Source: Octopus sinensis (taxonomy: Eukaryota). Taken from it: a stretch of 64,000 bases of DNA. The translations under genes and the position numbers were made by a program. The DNA lies in contig NC_043006.1 in NCBI RefSeq assembly GCF_006345805.1, forward strand, positions 81,220,001-81,284,000, written 5' to 3'. The first letter of the stretch is position 1, and each line of letters starts with the position of its first letter. The notes under the pieces are model-generated. The model was given only the letters and a program-made list of their open reading frames with translations. It was not told where the DNA came from and made no database searches. Below are positions 63,285-64,000 of this stretch, one piece after another.

Positions 63285-63500
63285 TCTTTTAATTGTTTCA
63301 GCCATTTGATTGCGGCTATGCTGGAGCACCACCGTTTGTTGAATAAATCGACCCCAGCACTTATTCTTTGTAAGTTTAGTATTTATTCTATTTTTGCTGA
63401 ACCGCTAGCTGACGGGGACGTAAACACACCAACATCGGTTGTCAAGCGATGGTGGGGGACAAACACAGACCCAACAACCAACACATATATCCATCACACA
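63285..63500 (-). mobile_element. SINE family A, 3' half
   Basis: TTGTTTCAGCCATTTGATTGCGGCTATGCTGGAGCACC...CATCGGTTGTCAAGCGATGG. Confidence 0.8.
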
Positions 63501-63553
63501 CACACACTATATATATATATGTATATATATAAATATATATATATATATATAGT

Positions 63554-63584
<31 letters not shown>

Positions 63585-64000
63585 CATCTTTATTGAACCA
63601 CTACATAAGAACATTAAGGTTAAACAAAACAAGCGTACATGAATGAGTAATACCTACAATAGGTACAATCATTATAAGAGGATATAAATAAAAAATATAA
63701 ATAGATACTTGCATATATATGAAAAGATATCAATATATATAAAAAAGGAGAGGGAGAAAGAGAGAGATATGGAAGCACAGACGAAGAGAGAGAGATAGTG
63801 ACAGACAGCGAGTCAGAGAGAACAGCGGAGTTAATCCACAATGTGTCAGACAAATTTTCCACACATCTGCGTATGTTGGCGTATTTGTGCGTGTTGGGAA
63901 ATATGAGTGGGTGAGTCTATATTAGATAACTGGTAACGCAAACTAGGAAATAACCATTATTCTGGAAAATAATTAGCCTAAATCTGAAATGAAATCTAAA

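Overview
AT-rich, very repeat-dense eukaryotic DNA. The SINE, LINE and microsatellite make-up points to an Octopus (coleoid cephalopod) intergenic or intronic region; this is inferred from repeat style, not from a database search. I could not support any host protein-coding exon, true tRNA/rRNA gene or CRISPR array. Most ORFs in the track are translations of microsatellites. The main element is a young Penelope-like element (PLE; RT plus Cys-rich linker plus GIY-YIG, Neptune-like) at about 30.77-36.62 kb, with a ~1200-codon frameshifted ORF on the minus strand and a ~1.9-kb inverted partial copy on the plus strand. Its terminus holds a minimal hammerhead-ribozyme (HHR) fold with a compensated U3-A8 core. 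Further HHR-like motifs sit in short microsatellite-anchored elements, one of them folded back into a perfect 74-bp-arm palindrome at 55.6 kb. Also present: an older inverted Poseidon/Penelope-type PLE ending in tRNA-like heads; R4/Dong-type LINE remnants ending in (TAA)n; two CR1-like LINE 3' ends whose tails match local SINE families; four tRNA-derived SINE families; non-autonomous Helitron/HINE-like elements; a MITE; a mariner remnant; a 3.04-kb tandem duplication; and several local fold-back inverted duplications, some centred on (TA)n. All alignments were done by eye.
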